NCBI GenBank assembly: GCA_965197525.1
Contig: OZ240211.1
Location: 1,952,001 to 2,016,000, forward strand
From: Nitrosopumilus sp.
GTDB taxonomy: Archaea > Thermoproteota > Nitrososphaeria > Nitrososphaerales > Nitrosopumilaceae
Length of the DNA: 64,000 nt
Direction of reading: 5' to 3'
Shown in pieces: positions 17,887-28,462 of this stretch (positions are counted from its first letter, which is position 1; each line of letters begins with the position of its first letter). Both the position numbers and the translations under genes were made by a program. Under the pieces are notes generated by a model, which searched no databases, was not told where the DNA came from, and saw only the letters and a list, made by a program, of their open reading frames with translations.

Positions 17887-19599
17887 ATGGTGATTGATTT
17901 GATTAATGAAATGGAAACTATGACAGGTGCAAAAGCCTTGATGACTGCTATGGAAAAAGAAGGCGTCAAACAGGTCTTTGGATTGCCTGGTGGTGCAAAC
18001 CTTCCCTTGTATGATGAATTTGCCAGGTGTAACATTAGACACATACTGGTAAGACATGAACAGTCAGCTGCTCACATGGCAGATGGCTTTGGCAGAGTCA
18101 GTAGGAAACCCGGCGTCTGTTTTGCCACATCAGGACCTGGCGCCACCAATATTTTGACTGGTATTGCAACAGCCCAAGCTGATTCAGCACCTATGGTTGC
18201 TGTAACAGGCCAGGTACCTGTTGATATGATTGGTAGAGATGCATTCCAAGAGAGTGATATAATCGGAATGGCAAACCCTGTAGTAAAATATGCCTTTCAG
18301 CCACGTGCAGCTGCTGAAGTTCCTGAAATGGTAAAAAAAGGCTTTTTTATCGCAGAGACCGGAAGACCCGGACCCGTATTGATTGATGTCCCAAAAGATG
18401 TACAAACAGGAGAAGCACCTATGGTATTTCCAGATGAATTCAAGATTCAGGGGTATCATCCTTGGGCGGATCCTGACATAGTAAATGTTGAAAAGGCAAT
18501 TGATATGTTACTACATGCACAAAAACCAATCATTCTAGCCGGAGGCGGTACGATCATATCGTCTGCATTTGCAGAGTTACAATCAATTGCAGAGACACTC
18601 ATGATTCCTGTAGTTACCACTTTCAAAGGCAAGGGCGCCTTTCCTGAAACCCATCCATTGTCACTAGGTCCAATAGGAATGCATGGCCACGCTGAAGCCA
18701 ACAAAATGATGACTGAGGCTGACTGTGTATTGGCAATCGGGACTAGATTCTCTGATCGGTCAGTGGGAACATTTGAGACATTTGAAAAGCGGTTGAAGAT
18801 TATTCATATGGACGTTGATCCTGCAGAAATTGGCAAAAACCAAACAGCTCAAATTGCTGTAATTGGGGATGTACGTGTAAATTTGAGAGTAATGGTAAAG
18901 ATACTTTTACAAAAGGCCATCAAAAAAACAGATGAGAGTCCTTGGCTCAAACACGTCAAAGAAACTAAATCTTACTGGAAAGAGCATTTGAAACTACACC
19001 CGGGTGAGATGGGTGCTGCCAAAATCTTGCGTAAACTTCGTGAATTACTTCCCAAAGAATCTATTGTTACTACTGAAGTAGGACAACATCAAATGTGGGC
19101 ATCACTATTCTATGATGTAATTCAACCAGGTACATTCTTTAGCTCAACTGGTCTTGGTACCATGGGTTGGGGATTCCCAGCTGCAATTGGTGCCAAAGTA
19201 GCAAGACCTGACGTCCCTGTTGTGGATATCGCAGGTGATGGGAGCTTTTCTATGACTGAGAATTCACTTGCAACTGCAGTGTTAGAGGATATTCCTGTAA
19301 TCGTATTTATTTTAAACAACTCTGTATTAGGAATGGTTGCGCAATGGCAGAGAACCTTCTATGGTAGACGAATGATTGGCGTACAGCAAGATCAATGTCC
19401 TGATTATGTTAAACTAGCTGAATCTTACGGTGCTCAAGGAATCAGGGCACAATCCATGGACGAACTTGACCAAGCAATCAGGAATGCGCTAAGCAGCGAT
19501 GTTGCCACGGTGATTGATATCCCAATTGATCCTGAAGAAGACGTGTTGCCATTTGTCGCCCCTGGAACTCCGTTGACTGAAATGGTACTACCGTCGTGA
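17887..19599 (+). CDS. ilvB: Acetolactate synthase large subunit
   Basis: VFGLPGG, RHEQSAAHMADG, TSGPGATN, TPP motif GDGSF...ILNN. Confidence 0.97.
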   Translation: MVIDLINEMETMTGAKALMTAMEKEGVKQVFGLPGGANLPLYDEFARCNIRHILVRHEQSAAHMADGFGRVSRKPGVCFATSGPGATNILTGIATAQADSAPMVAVTGQVPVDMIGRDAFQESDIIGMANPVVKYAFQPRAAAEVPEMVKKGFFIAETGRPGPVLIDVPKDVQTGEAPMVFPDEFKIQGYHPWADPDIVNVEKAIDMLLHAQKPIILAGGGTIISSAFAELQSIAETLMIPVVTTFKGKGAFPETHPLSLGPIGMHGHAEANKMMTEADCVLAIGTRFSDRSVGTFETFEKRLKIIHMDVDPAEIGKNQTAQIAVIGDVRVNLRVMVKILLQKAIKKTDESPWLKHVKETKSYWKEHLKLHPGEMGAAKILRKLRELLPKESIVTTEVGQHQMWASLFYDVIQPGTFFSSTGLGTMGWGFPAAIGAKVARPDVPVVDIAGDGSFSMTENSLATAVLEDIPVIVFILNNSVLGMVAQWQRTFYGRRMIGVQQDQCPDYVKLAESYGAQGIRAQSMDELDQAIRNALSSDVATVIDIPIDPEEDVLPFVAPGTPLTEMVLPS

Positions 19600-19602
19600 T
19601 GA

Positions 19603-20091
19603 TTGATTATGTGGGCAATTCTCTCTATTCTAGTTGAAAATAAACCAGGAATCTTATTCAAGGTCACACATCTATTTAGATCTAGAAATTTTAATATCGA
19701 TAGCATCTCAGTGGGAGTGACTGAGAATCCTGATTACTCTAAAATGACTATTACTACATATGGTGATGAAAAACAGGTGGCGCAGATAGTAAAGCAGCTT
19801 GACAAGATGATTGATACTGTCAAAGTTGAGCATCTAGATCAGTACCAAACGATATACCGTGAACTATGTCTCTTCAGGATTAGCGTTAATACCTCTGATG
19901 ACAGTATGAAGATTAATCAGCTGGCAAAGGCATATGGTGGTATAGTGCACGACGTCAAAAAGACATCTCTTGTAGTAGAATTGACTGCCACACCTGATCA
20001 GATTATTGCATTTGAAGAGTTGATAAAACCATTTGGAATACTTGATGTCGCACGAACAGGTGTTACTGCCTTACAGAGGAGCAAAGAATGA
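19603..20091 (+). CDS. ilvN: Acetolactate synthase small (regulatory) subunit
   Basis: ACT domain LVENKPGIL...RNFNIDSI; C-terminal ARTGVTAL. Confidence 0.95.
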   Translation: MIMWAILSILVENKPGILFKVTHLFRSRNFNIDSISVGVTENPDYSKMTITTYGDEKQVAQIVKQLDKMIDTVKVEHLDQYQTIYRELCLFRISVNTSDDSMKINQLAKAYGGIVHDVKKTSLVVELTATPDQIIAFEELIKPFGILDVARTGVTALQRSKE

Positions 20092-21590
20092 AGATCAGAA
20101 TATTTGACACTACGCTAAGGGATGGAGAACAGACTCCTGGAATTTCCTTGTCACCTATCCAAAAACTCTCAATTGCAAAAAAATTGGACGTGTTAGGTGT
20201 AGATGCAATTGAGGCTGGCTTTCCAGTAATATCTTCAGGTGAGATGGAAGCGGTACAGATGATTACTGACGCTGGACTGTCTTGCGAAATTGCAGGACTG
20301 GCCCGAACTTCCAAAAAAGATATTGATGCTATAGTTGATGCCGGTTTGAGCTATGTACATACATTTATTGCAACTTCTGACATTCATTTGCAATACAAGC
20401 TCAAAATTACCAGAGAACAAGCACTTGAAAAAGCAGTTGATGCAGTAGAGTATGGAAAATCTCGAGGATTGCAGGTAGAGTTTTCAGCAGAAGATGCTAC
20501 AAGAACTGATAAAGAATTTCTAAATACCGTATTCAGTCAAGTGGCCAAAGCAGGAGCTGATAGAATTGATATTCCTGACACTGTGGGGTACTCTACTCCT
20601 GAATACATGGCAGATATTACTCGTAATGCAATAAAAGCTACCAAACTCCCAGTAAGCGTTCATTGTCATAACGACTTTGGTCTAGCAGTTGCAAACGCAT
20701 TATCTGGAATCCGTGCAGGCGCGTCTTGTGCCCATGTTACTGTTAATGGAATTGGTGAGAGGGCAGGTAACGCATCACTTGAGGAGCTATCCATGGCATT
20801 GCAATGTTTACCATATGATGATAAATATGAGACTAACATAAAATCAGAGTTAATCTATGAGACATCAAGATATGTCTCTCGTATTGTAGGAATTCAGGTT
20901 CAGCCAAACAAGGCTATTGTGGGTGATAACGCATTCGGACATGAATCCGGAATCCATACTCATGGCATCCTAAATAATCCACTCACTTATGAGCCCATCA
21001 GTCCCGAACTAGTTGGACGAAAGAGGCGATTACAGGTTGGCAAGCATGCTGGAATTCACGGAATGAATGCCATGCTTGCAGACTATGGCATCAAGCCCTC
21101 TCCAGAACAATCCAATCAAATTCTTCAGCACGTTAAATTGCTAGGCGATCAGGGAACACAGATTACTGATGTAGAGTTGCTATCTATTGCAAATGACATC
21201 CTAGGTGATTCAGGAATTAAACAGATTGTAAAGCTGACTGGATTCTCTGTGTCTACTGGTATTGGAACAATGCCTTATGCCTTTGTAAAACTGAATATTG
21301 ATGGTGATGACTTTATAGGAACTAACTATGGTGTTGGTCCGGTTGATGCAGCACTCAACGCAATTCAAAAGATTACCGGAAAGATCTCCCCAATGAAGAT
21401 CACCGACTATAGTTTGGCATCAATTAGTGGCGGTTCTGCTGCATTGTGTGAGGTAACTGTTAGTATAGAGGACATCCATGGAAATACAATCTCTTCTAAA
21501 TCAGTAGGAAACGATATTGTGACTACTAGTGTTCATGCAGTCATTGACGGTGTTAATAGAATCATGCTCAAAAAAAGAACACAGAAATGA
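20088..21590 (+). CDS. leuA: 2-isopropylmalate synthase
   Basis: DTTLRDGEQTPG, HCHND, GIGERAGN, HESGIH and regulatory domain GVGPVDA. Confidence 0.92.
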   Translation: MKIRIFDTTLRDGEQTPGISLSPIQKLSIAKKLDVLGVDAIEAGFPVISSGEMEAVQMITDAGLSCEIAGLARTSKKDIDAIVDAGLSYVHTFIATSDIHLQYKLKITREQALEKAVDAVEYGKSRGLQVEFSAEDATRTDKEFLNTVFSQVAKAGADRIDIPDTVGYSTPEYMADITRNAIKATKLPVSVHCHNDFGLAVANALSGIRAGASCAHVTVNGIGERAGNASLEELSMALQCLPYDDKYETNIKSELIYETSRYVSRIVGIQVQPNKAIVGDNAFGHESGIHTHGILNNPLTYEPISPELVGRKRRLQVGKHAGIHGMNAMLADYGIKPSPEQSNQILQHVKLLGDQGTQITDVELLSIANDILGDSGIKQIVKLTGFSVSTGIGTMPYAFVKLNIDGDDFIGTNYGVGPVDAALNAIQKITGKISPMKITDYSLASISGGSAALCEVTVSIEDIHGNTISSKSVGNDIVTTSVHAVIDGVNRIMLKKRTQK

Positions 21591-21663
21591 TGATGGTGAT
21601 GATGGTGATGATGCACAAGACCGACAGACAAGTTCTAAATACTGATGAGGTTGTTCCCATACC

Positions 21664-22677
21664 ATGTATAAAATTTCACTGATTACCGGTGATGGAATCG
21701 GTCCTGAACTATCAGAGTCTGCCATCCCTGTGTTAAATACGATTCGTGATAGATACGATTTAAAATTAGATGTTGTGCCATTATCTGCCGGAGATAAGGC
21801 CTTAGCTGAGACAGGGCATGCACTACCCATTGATACCATTAATACAATAAAAAACTCTGATGCCTGTATCAAAGCTCCTGTTGGCGAGTCAGCAGCTGAT
21901 GTAATCGTGGTGTTGAGGAGGATGCTTGATCTTTATGCTAATATACGACCTGCAAAATCATATCCACACATGCCCGCATTAAGAGATGATATTGATATGG
22001 TGATAGTCCGAGAGAATACTGAAGATCTATACATTGGCAAGGAATTCAACATGGGTGATTCATCTGTTGCATTACGGGTGATCTCAGGGAGTGCTTCTAA
22101 AAGAATCGCAAAGTATGCTTTTGAGACTGCAACCCAGCGCAACTCGGCAAAAAAAGTAACCTGTGTTCACAAATCAAACGTCATGCGTATAACTGATGGC
22201 ATGTTTGCAGATTCATGCAAAGCAGTATCAGAAGAATATCCTGATATTGCATTTGAAGAGATGTATGTTGACGCATGTGCCATGAACTTGATTCGCCAGC
22301 CTGAGCAGTTTGATGTTATAGTGACTACAAACCTGTTTGGTGATATACTGTCTGATGAATCTTCTCAGGTAGTTGGTGGGTTGGGGATGGCACCAGCTGC
22401 CAACATTGGAGAAGACTTTGCGTTATTTGAGCCTGTGCATGGAGCTGCATTTGACATTGCAGGCCAAAATATCGCCAACCCTTCATCTTTTTTGTTATCC
22501 ATCAAGATGATGTTTGATTGGCTAGGAAACAAACATAATGACAGTCGGTGTATCGCAGCTGGTAAAAAATTGGAATCTACAATATTTGATCTGGTAAAGA
22601 CAGGTGTAAAAACTAAAGATATTGGTGGTAATATGAGTACCAGCGAATTTACCGCACATATCACAGACAATCTTTAG
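21664..22677 (+). CDS. leuB: 3-isopropylmalate (isocitrate/isopropylmalate family) dehydrogenase
   Basis: GDGIGPE, VRENTEDLY, HKSNV, NLFGDILSD, EPVHGAA; follows leuA. Confidence 0.85.
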   Translation: MYKISLITGDGIGPELSESAIPVLNTIRDRYDLKLDVVPLSAGDKALAETGHALPIDTINTIKNSDACIKAPVGESAADVIVVLRRMLDLYANIRPAKSYPHMPALRDDIDMVIVRENTEDLYIGKEFNMGDSSVALRVISGSASKRIAKYAFETATQRNSAKKVTCVHKSNVMRITDGMFADSCKAVSEEYPDIAFEEMYVDACAMNLIRQPEQFDVIVTTNLFGDILSDESSQVVGGLGMAPAANIGEDFALFEPVHGAAFDIAGQNIANPSSFLLSIKMMFDWLGNKHNDSRCIAAGKKLESTIFDLVKTGVKTKDIGGNMSTSEFTAHITDNL

Positions 22678-22745
22678 TTATTTTACATCTGTGTATACAT
22701 TCAGGTCATTTTAACGGAATTTATGTTTTTTACAAAATGGCGGTT

Positions 22746-23162
22746 TTACAATCCTCCGCCTGTAATTTCCCCAAGCTCTACTTCGTATCCGCTTGGGTCT
22801 ACAATGTAGACTGATTTTGAACTCTCCCAGTCCACAACTCCGCCGTATAGAATTTGTACGTTATTTGCTTTGCATCTATCAATCACTTTGTCAAAATTCT
22901 CAATATTGAATCCAAAGTGTGCAATTCCTCCTTCAGGCGACATGTCTGGTATCTCATACATACAAAGCTTGATGGAATCATTTCCTATGATCACTGATGG
23001 CACGTCTGCCTTGTTTGGGTTCTCTTTTTGTTTTATCTCAAAACCAAAAAGATTCTTGTAAAACTCTACACTGTCCTTCAAATTTTTTACCTTCATGTTT
23101 ACATGATCAATTGATGTTGCGTGCAGCTTACTCATGATACAGTATATGTATGCGATTTGCAT
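22746..23162 (-). CDS. VOC/glyoxalase family protein
   Basis: IDHVNMKV...HFGF...YIVDPSGYEVEL. Confidence 0.9.
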   Translation of the reverse strand: MQIAYIYCIMSKLHATSIDHVNMKVKNLKDSVEFYKNLFGFEIKQKENPNKADVPSVIIGNDSIKLCMYEIPDMSPEGGIAHFGFNIENFDKVIDRCKANNVQILYGGVVDWESSKSVYIVDPSGYEVELGEITGGGL

Positions 23163-23473
23163 TATTTAATTTTTAAATCATTGGCACGATTTTATGTTAA
23201 ATTAATAAATCAACGAGATACATGGAAAACCGCTGAAAACAGGACGCTTTCCTAACATGATGTGTTTTCCAAACCTTTTGCTCTACGACGCAGAACAGAG
23301 GCTTCTCGTTACTATTACTATGTCAAAATTGTATTTAAGTATAATCTAAGCTAGGTTGCATGTGCTCACGTCGATACATACATTCACATTTGTGGGCATT
23401 GTGATCTTGTCATACGTCCCATACATGAACTCCCAGTAGATAAACTATTATAAAATCAACATCTTTGAACCCT

Positions 23474-23605
23474 GTGGCCAAATGCTGTATCTGTAAACTC
23501 GTTCCAGGCACTCTGAAAATCTCTGATGGCAATCCAAAATACAAAGGCAAGCCCATCTGTAAAGAGTGCCAAGGGTATCGCAGGCTGCTCAAAGAGACAA
23601 AATAA
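23474..23605 (+). CDS. 43-aa Cys4 zinc-binding microprotein (absent from the ORF track)
   Basis: GTG start; MAKCCICKLVPGTLKISDGNPKYKGKPICKECQGYRRLLKETK with CxxC...CxxC; converges on 23610-23855. Confidence 0.6.
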   Translation: MAKCCICKLVPGTLKISDGNPKYKGKPICKECQGYRRLLKETK

Positions 23606-23609
23606 CTTA

Positions 23610-23855
23610 CTATGTCTCTTGGGTCTTGTTCTTTGCAGCCCACTGCTCATACATCTTGATCAACTCATCTACGTCGCCTCCTTCTTCTGAATACGTCACT
23701 ATTACCCCAAACGTTCCTTTCTTGTCATGGCCTCTTGCAAAATATCCCCAAAAAGAATCTGGCAACTTTACAAAGTTGTTTGAGTCGTGTGATACACCAA
23801 TCAAGTTATTTCCTATGACTTCTACTACTTTTTTTGCATCATCTTGATTAATCAT
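23610..23855 (-). CDS. Hypothetical protein
   Basis: 81-aa ORF downstream of aspS on the same strand. Confidence 0.75.
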   Translation of the reverse strand: MINQDDAKKVVEVIGNNLIGVSHDSNNFVKLPDSFWGYFARGHDKKGTFGVIVTYSEEGGDVDELIKMYEQWAAKNKTQET

Positions 23856-23894
23856 GAATATTTGAGATACCCATACAATAAAAATCTGAATAAC

Positions 23895-25184
23895 TTATGG
23901 TTTTAGTCTGTCAGGATCCCTTGGATATAACACGACTTCGCGAACATTGTCAATTCCAATTAATGTGGTCATTAACCTGTCTAGTCCCATGCCCCAACCT
24001 GAATGTGGCGGCATCCCCCAGTCAAATGCTTTGAGATGATCTGCAAACTGTGCAGGATCCAGCCCTTGTTCCTTTAGTCTATTTTTTAGCATCTCTGGGT
24101 TGTGGAGTCTTGTTCCGCCTGATGATAGTTCCAAGTATCCGTACTGCAAGTCAAATGAGCGTGACAATGTTGCATCATCATCTTTCTCTCTGATGTAAAA
24201 TGGTTTTAATTTCATTGGCCAGTCAATCAAAAAATAAAATCCTGGATGGTTCTTGCCTATTATCCTCAGGTGTGAATCCAACAAATCATCTCCGAACTCT
24301 ATCTTTTCCTTCTGCTCTTTTAATTCTTCAATACACTGTGTATATGTCACCCGTTCAAACGATGACGATGGCACATTGATTGTGTGTCCAATCAATTCCT
24401 GCTCTTTTTTGCAATTCTCACTTGTGTATTTATACACTGACATAACTAATGACTCTAACACATCCATAACGTCATTGTAATCCATAAATGCTGCCTCTAC
24501 GTCGATGCTGGTAAATTCAGTCAGGTGCCGTCCAGTATGTGAGTTTTCTGCTCTGTAAAAGTTAGATATCTCAAACACTCTCTCCAATCCTATTGTCATC
24601 TGCTCTTTGTATAGTTGTGGGCTTTGAGCAAGATATGCCGTCTTTCCAAAATAGTCTAATGAAAACAGGTCAGCCCCTCCCTCACTTGCACTGCCTATTA
24701 TCTTGGGTGTTGTTATCTCTATGAATTTTTTATCAGCTAATGTCTCTCGTAATATCTGCAATACATGATGACGCAGCTTGAATATTGAGGCAGTCTTTTG
24801 ATTTCTCATATCAAGTGCACGATGATTTAACCGCGTATCTATATTGCTCTCTAATCTGCCAATCGGGTCTACTGGCAATGGGTGGATAGCTTTTGCCAGT
24901 ACCTCTATGTCTTCTGCCTTTATCTCAAATGCAAAGTCACGTGCTTGCGTCTCTTGTACAATCCCCTTGACGCTGACCACACTCTGACGGTTAATCTCGT
25001 CTAGTTTGTCATTTAACTCTCCTTTGATTATGACTTGAGAGATTCCTGATACGTCACGCAGTGTCATAAATGTCATCTTTGCCAACTTTCGAAGATCTTC
25101 AATCCATCCGCACAATACTACCTGTTCTCCAATCAATCCCTCTGTCAATTCTGAAACGTCATGGGTTTTTACAAAAGTTGTCAT
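23895..25184 (-). CDS. aspS: Aspartyl-tRNA synthetase (archaeal type)
   Basis: OB fold, YLAQSPQLYKE, FRAE-like FYRAENSHTGRHLTEF, GMPPHSGWGMGLDRL. Confidence 0.97.
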   Translation of the reverse strand: MTTFVKTHDVSELTEGLIGEQVVLCGWIEDLRKLAKMTFMTLRDVSGISQVIIKGELNDKLDEINRQSVVSVKGIVQETQARDFAFEIKAEDIEVLAKAIHPLPVDPIGRLESNIDTRLNHRALDMRNQKTASIFKLRHHVLQILRETLADKKFIEITTPKIIGSASEGGADLFSLDYFGKTAYLAQSPQLYKEQMTIGLERVFEISNFYRAENSHTGRHLTEFTSIDVEAAFMDYNDVMDVLESLVMSVYKYTSENCKKEQELIGHTINVPSSSFERVTYTQCIEELKEQKEKIEFGDDLLDSHLRIIGKNHPGFYFLIDWPMKLKPFYIREKDDDATLSRSFDLQYGYLELSSGGTRLHNPEMLKNRLKEQGLDPAQFADHLKAFDWGMPPHSGWGMGLDRLMTTLIGIDNVREVVLYPRDPDRLKP

Positions 25185-25693
25185 CTTTTATCCTCAAATT
25201 CTATCTCCATGTCAATGTTTCGAAGATGTTTGACCATTTTTATGACTCTTTCTATATCTATTGGAAATTTAGTAGTCCATCTACCTGATATCACTACCTT
25301 GGTCTTGCTGCTACCTCCCCTCATCCAGACTTTGTTAACTGACAAAACCTTGGTTGGGAAGAACAAGTCTATTACAAGCTGATCATTTGTCTCTTCTGCC
25401 TCTACTAGCCAAATCTTTCCCTTGAACTGTTTTTGTAGTATTCCATATAGCGTATGACTTTGTCTGATTGCCATAATGTCATTTTTGGCAAATGATAGTA
25501 TGAAATCGCCGTCAAACTCTCTGCAAGAATACAACGTAAAACTCTCAAATACCTTGTTTGATTTTCCAATCCTTCCAAGATTCATTGATGCATCAACGTC
25601 TGCTTTTGTTAATTTGCCTGACTTGACTTTGTCTTCGCATTGAGGACACAGCACTGAATTTTTTGCGTCAAATATACAAATCGGCAGTTTCAT
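25181..25693 (-). CDS. NusA-like KH-domain protein
   Basis: N-terminal MKLPICIFDAKNSVLCPQCE and KH-like C-terminus; 4-nt overlap with aspS. Confidence 0.7.
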   Translation of the reverse strand: MKLPICIFDAKNSVLCPQCEDKVKSGKLTKADVDASMNLGRIGKSNKVFESFTLYSCREFDGDFILSFAKNDIMAIRQSHTLYGILQKQFKGKIWLVEAEETNDQLVIDLFFPTKVLSVNKVWMRGGSSKTKVVISGRWTTKFPIDIERVIKMVKHLRNIDMEIEFEDKR

Positions 25694-25913
25694 CTAAACC
25701 AGTTTAGTTCTGATAATGTTGTTTATATCCCTATACCATCCTACAGATTTTAAATTCGTAATCTTTTGCTATCTCGTAGCGGCCTATTGAACTGATCTCC
25801 TCATCTGCTGTTCAAATCCGATGATGCATCTTTACAACTAGTAAATAATCCCAGTACGTTTAATCTATATCATCAATGCAAAACAATAATTTGAACCTGA
25901 ATCAAGGGGAATC

Positions 25914-26852
25914 ATGGCATTCCTGACAATTGATGGACTATCATCGCAGTACGCCTCATCGCACGGACCAGTATACGCAGTTGATGACGTAGATATAGAA
26001 CTAGAACCCGGAGAATCCCTGGGAATTGCAGGTGAGAGTGCGTGTGGGAAGAGTACGTTGGGGTTGTCATTAATTCGAATGCTTGAGGGTGGTACAACCG
26101 CTGGCAAGATAATCTTTGATGGTGATTCAATCTTGGATATGGATGAATCCGTATTTGATGACAAATTTAGATGGAAAAAAATCTCCATGATATTTCAAGG
26201 TGCCATGAATTCACTGGATCCTGTATTTACAATCAACCAACAGTTTACTGAGATTTTAAAACAGCACCGTTTTGAGGGCGATTCAAACAAATTAATCTCA
26301 GACTCAATGAATGCAGTTTCACTTGACAGTAATGTCTTAAATAAATACCCTCACGAGCTGAGTGGGGGAATGAAACAGCGAGTAGTCATTGCAATGGCAC
26401 TGCTATTAAAACCCAAACTTGTAATTGCAGATGAGCCTACCACCGCACTTGATGTTCTTATTCAAGCCCAGATTATCAATCTACTAAAATCCTTAAAAAA
26501 GGAAGGCATGTCATTTATGCTGATTACCCATGATTTAGCAGTACTATCTGAAATTGCAGAAAAGATTGGTATAATGTACGGAGGTGAGATGGTTGAGTTT
26601 GGTACTGCAGAACAGATATACAACAATCCTCAACATCCATATACTCAAGGACTTTTGGAATCCATTCCAAGATTGAAAGGCGATGCTCCAAAATACATCA
26701 AGGGTGTTCCACCTAGTTTGTTTGATGCCCCTACAAAATGTAGATTTATCGACAGGTGTCCGTTGGCTATTGAAAAATGCAAAGAACGTCCACCTAAATT
26801 CAAAACTGATACTGGCTATGTCAGATGTTGGTTGTATGAAGATAAAAAATAG
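25914..26852 (+). CDS. Oligopeptide/dipeptide ABC transporter ATP-binding protein
   Basis: Walker A GESACGKS, LSGGMKQR, IADEPTTALDV, HPYTQGLL and Cys-rich tail. Confidence 0.95.
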   Translation: MAFLTIDGLSSQYASSHGPVYAVDDVDIELEPGESLGIAGESACGKSTLGLSLIRMLEGGTTAGKIIFDGDSILDMDESVFDDKFRWKKISMIFQGAMNSLDPVFTINQQFTEILKQHRFEGDSNKLISDSMNAVSLDSNVLNKYPHELSGGMKQRVVIAMALLLKPKLVIADEPTTALDVLIQAQIINLLKSLKKEGMSFMLITHDLAVLSEIAEKIGIMYGGEMVEFGTAEQIYNNPQHPYTQGLLESIPRLKGDAPKYIKGVPPSLFDAPTKCRFIDRCPLAIEKCKERPPKFKTDTGYVRCWLYEDKK

Positions 26853-26854
26853 TT

Positions 26855-27142
26855 TTATTTCGATCTGCTGACGTATTGTTTTTTGATCTTTTTTAAATAA
26901 ATTTTTTGTATCTGTGCAATCTCTTGTTCTGCTACGTTTCTTGAAATTATTTTTGCATAGTTTCAAAGATCCTGATTTTCCTGGGTTTTTTCAAATTCTT
27001 CAATCTTCTTTATTGTGTCCTGCTCAAATTTCATAATCTCTCTTAGTTTTTCACTAATCTCTTTTATCTCCATTTTTTTATAATTTTGAGTGTTCGTTGT
27101 TCTGTCGTTAATATTATCAATTAGTTTTTGAATATCTTGCAT
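26855..27142 (-). pseudogene. 95-codon helical protein interrupted by an in-frame TGA at codon 60 (26963-26965)
   Basis: MQDIQKLIDNINDR...QENQDL*NYAKIISRNVAEQEIAQIQKIYLKK; the frame stays open after the TGA. Confidence 0.55.
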
Positions 27143-27227
27143 GGTTTATGACTTGGTGTCCTGACCCATTGTTTTTCAATCTTTATCTCAATTGGCCATA
27201 ACACGTTAGTGAGGGTAACTGTGGCTG

Positions 27228-27602
27228 TTATGAGTTATTTCTTACAATTGGCAGACACGCATCTATGATTCTCAACATCTCTGATCTGATTACTTTTTTG
27301 TCTATTGACACCCAGACTCTTGATTTTTTGATTGCAAATGATATGGTCTGAACTTTTTTTCTCTCCTCCCACACAAATTCAATCTCTCCTAAATTCTTGT
27401 CAAAGAATCCTTCCAAGTCAGTCTTCATGGCAATATGTGAGAATTGATATCGTGTATTCTTTGCGTTAAGAAGCGGAACTAGGTCCGATCTTCGTTTATA
27501 TGCTTGCAGGTTGCCACTCTCTCCTACCACACCTACAAATCTGATAAATGGACTAATGCTTGCTACAGCACTACAAATCACATCAAACTCTTTTTTTGTC
27601 AA
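27228..27602 (-). CDS. Hypothetical protein (roadblock/profilin-like pattern)
   Basis: IRFVGVVGESGNL...EIEFVWEERKKVQTISF. Confidence 0.75.
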   Translation of the reverse strand: MTKKEFDVICSAVASISPFIRFVGVVGESGNLQAYKRRSDLVPLLNAKNTRYQFSHIAMKTDLEGFFDKNLGEIEFVWEERKKVQTISFAIKKSRVWVSIDKKVIRSEMLRIIDACLPIVRNNS

Positions 27603-27829
27603 TCACAAGAATTAAAAATATATGATATTTTAATGAATTGTCTCTGTGTTGGTACATGTTTCTTTACTATATGAGTAATTTTAATGGTATTATCACAACA
27701 CTCATCTAACTATAAAATGTAAGTATTCAACAGCACAATAATAATAATAACAAATAACTGTTGGATTTCAGAATCTTCACTATTTCATGATCCTAGCTCA
27801 GTTAAATAAAACATGTAAATAGTCTGTTT

Positions 27830-28462
27830 GTGGATTTTGTAGATTTGTTCCCGTTTGCACCCGAAGTGGGATATCTAAGTTTGTCCCTAGTTAATTTTTT
27901 TGGTTCGCTGATCCCGTTTGTTCCATTGCCAGGATTTCTGCTTCTTGCGACCATGGCAGTAGGCGATCAGTTCGATCTTCATATCTTGGCCATATCGTCT
28001 GCTATTACTGCAACTGCTGCAAAACAGATTATATTTTATGTCAGTTATGGCGGCAGGCGAATCATTACAGAAAAGACCAGAGTCAGGATACGTCCATTTG
28101 AGAGACTTGTTAAAAAATATGGTGCAGCAGCAGCGTTTGCAGCAGCAGCAACCCCCATCCCTGACGATCTAGTCTATGTTCCATTGGGACTAGCAAGATA
28201 CAATCCTAAACGATTCTTTGTTGCGACTCTGACAGGCAAACTTATTCTCAGCTATGTCATTGTGTTTGTCTCTCACTATTTGGGGCTGTCCCTAGTCGAG
28301 CCGTTTCTTGAAAACGTGGATGATGCGACTCCAATATACATTGGAATAATCATATTTGGTGCGCTAATGACTACAATTGTGGTGCTACTGCTAAGATTGG
28401 ATTGGGCTCGAATTCTTGGTAGGTTTGCACCGTGGACTCTAGATGAGAACAACGAGGATTAA
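27830..28462 (+). CDS. VTT/DedA family membrane protein
   Basis: Hydrophobic helices, ATPIPDDLVYVPLG, FFVATLTGK. Confidence 0.88.
   Translation: MDFVDLFPFAPEVGYLSLSLVNFFGSLIPFVPLPGFLLLATMAVGDQFDLHILAISSAITATAAKQIIFYVSYGGRRIITEKTRVRIRPFERLVKKYGAAAAFAAAATPIPDDLVYVPLGLARYNPKRFFVATLTGKLILSYVIVFVSHYLGLSLVEPFLENVDDATPIYIGIIIFGALMTTIVVLLLRLDWARILGRFAPWTLDENNED

Noticed and set aside
21587-21663. MMMVMMVMM... ORF between leuA and leuB as a second leader peptide
   Set aside because: Explained by a (GAT/GGT) microsatellite; it is not Leu-rich and lies mid-operon
25795-25830. GTTCAAATCC as a tRNA T-loop
   Set aside because: No T-stem, acceptor or anticodon arm can be formed around it
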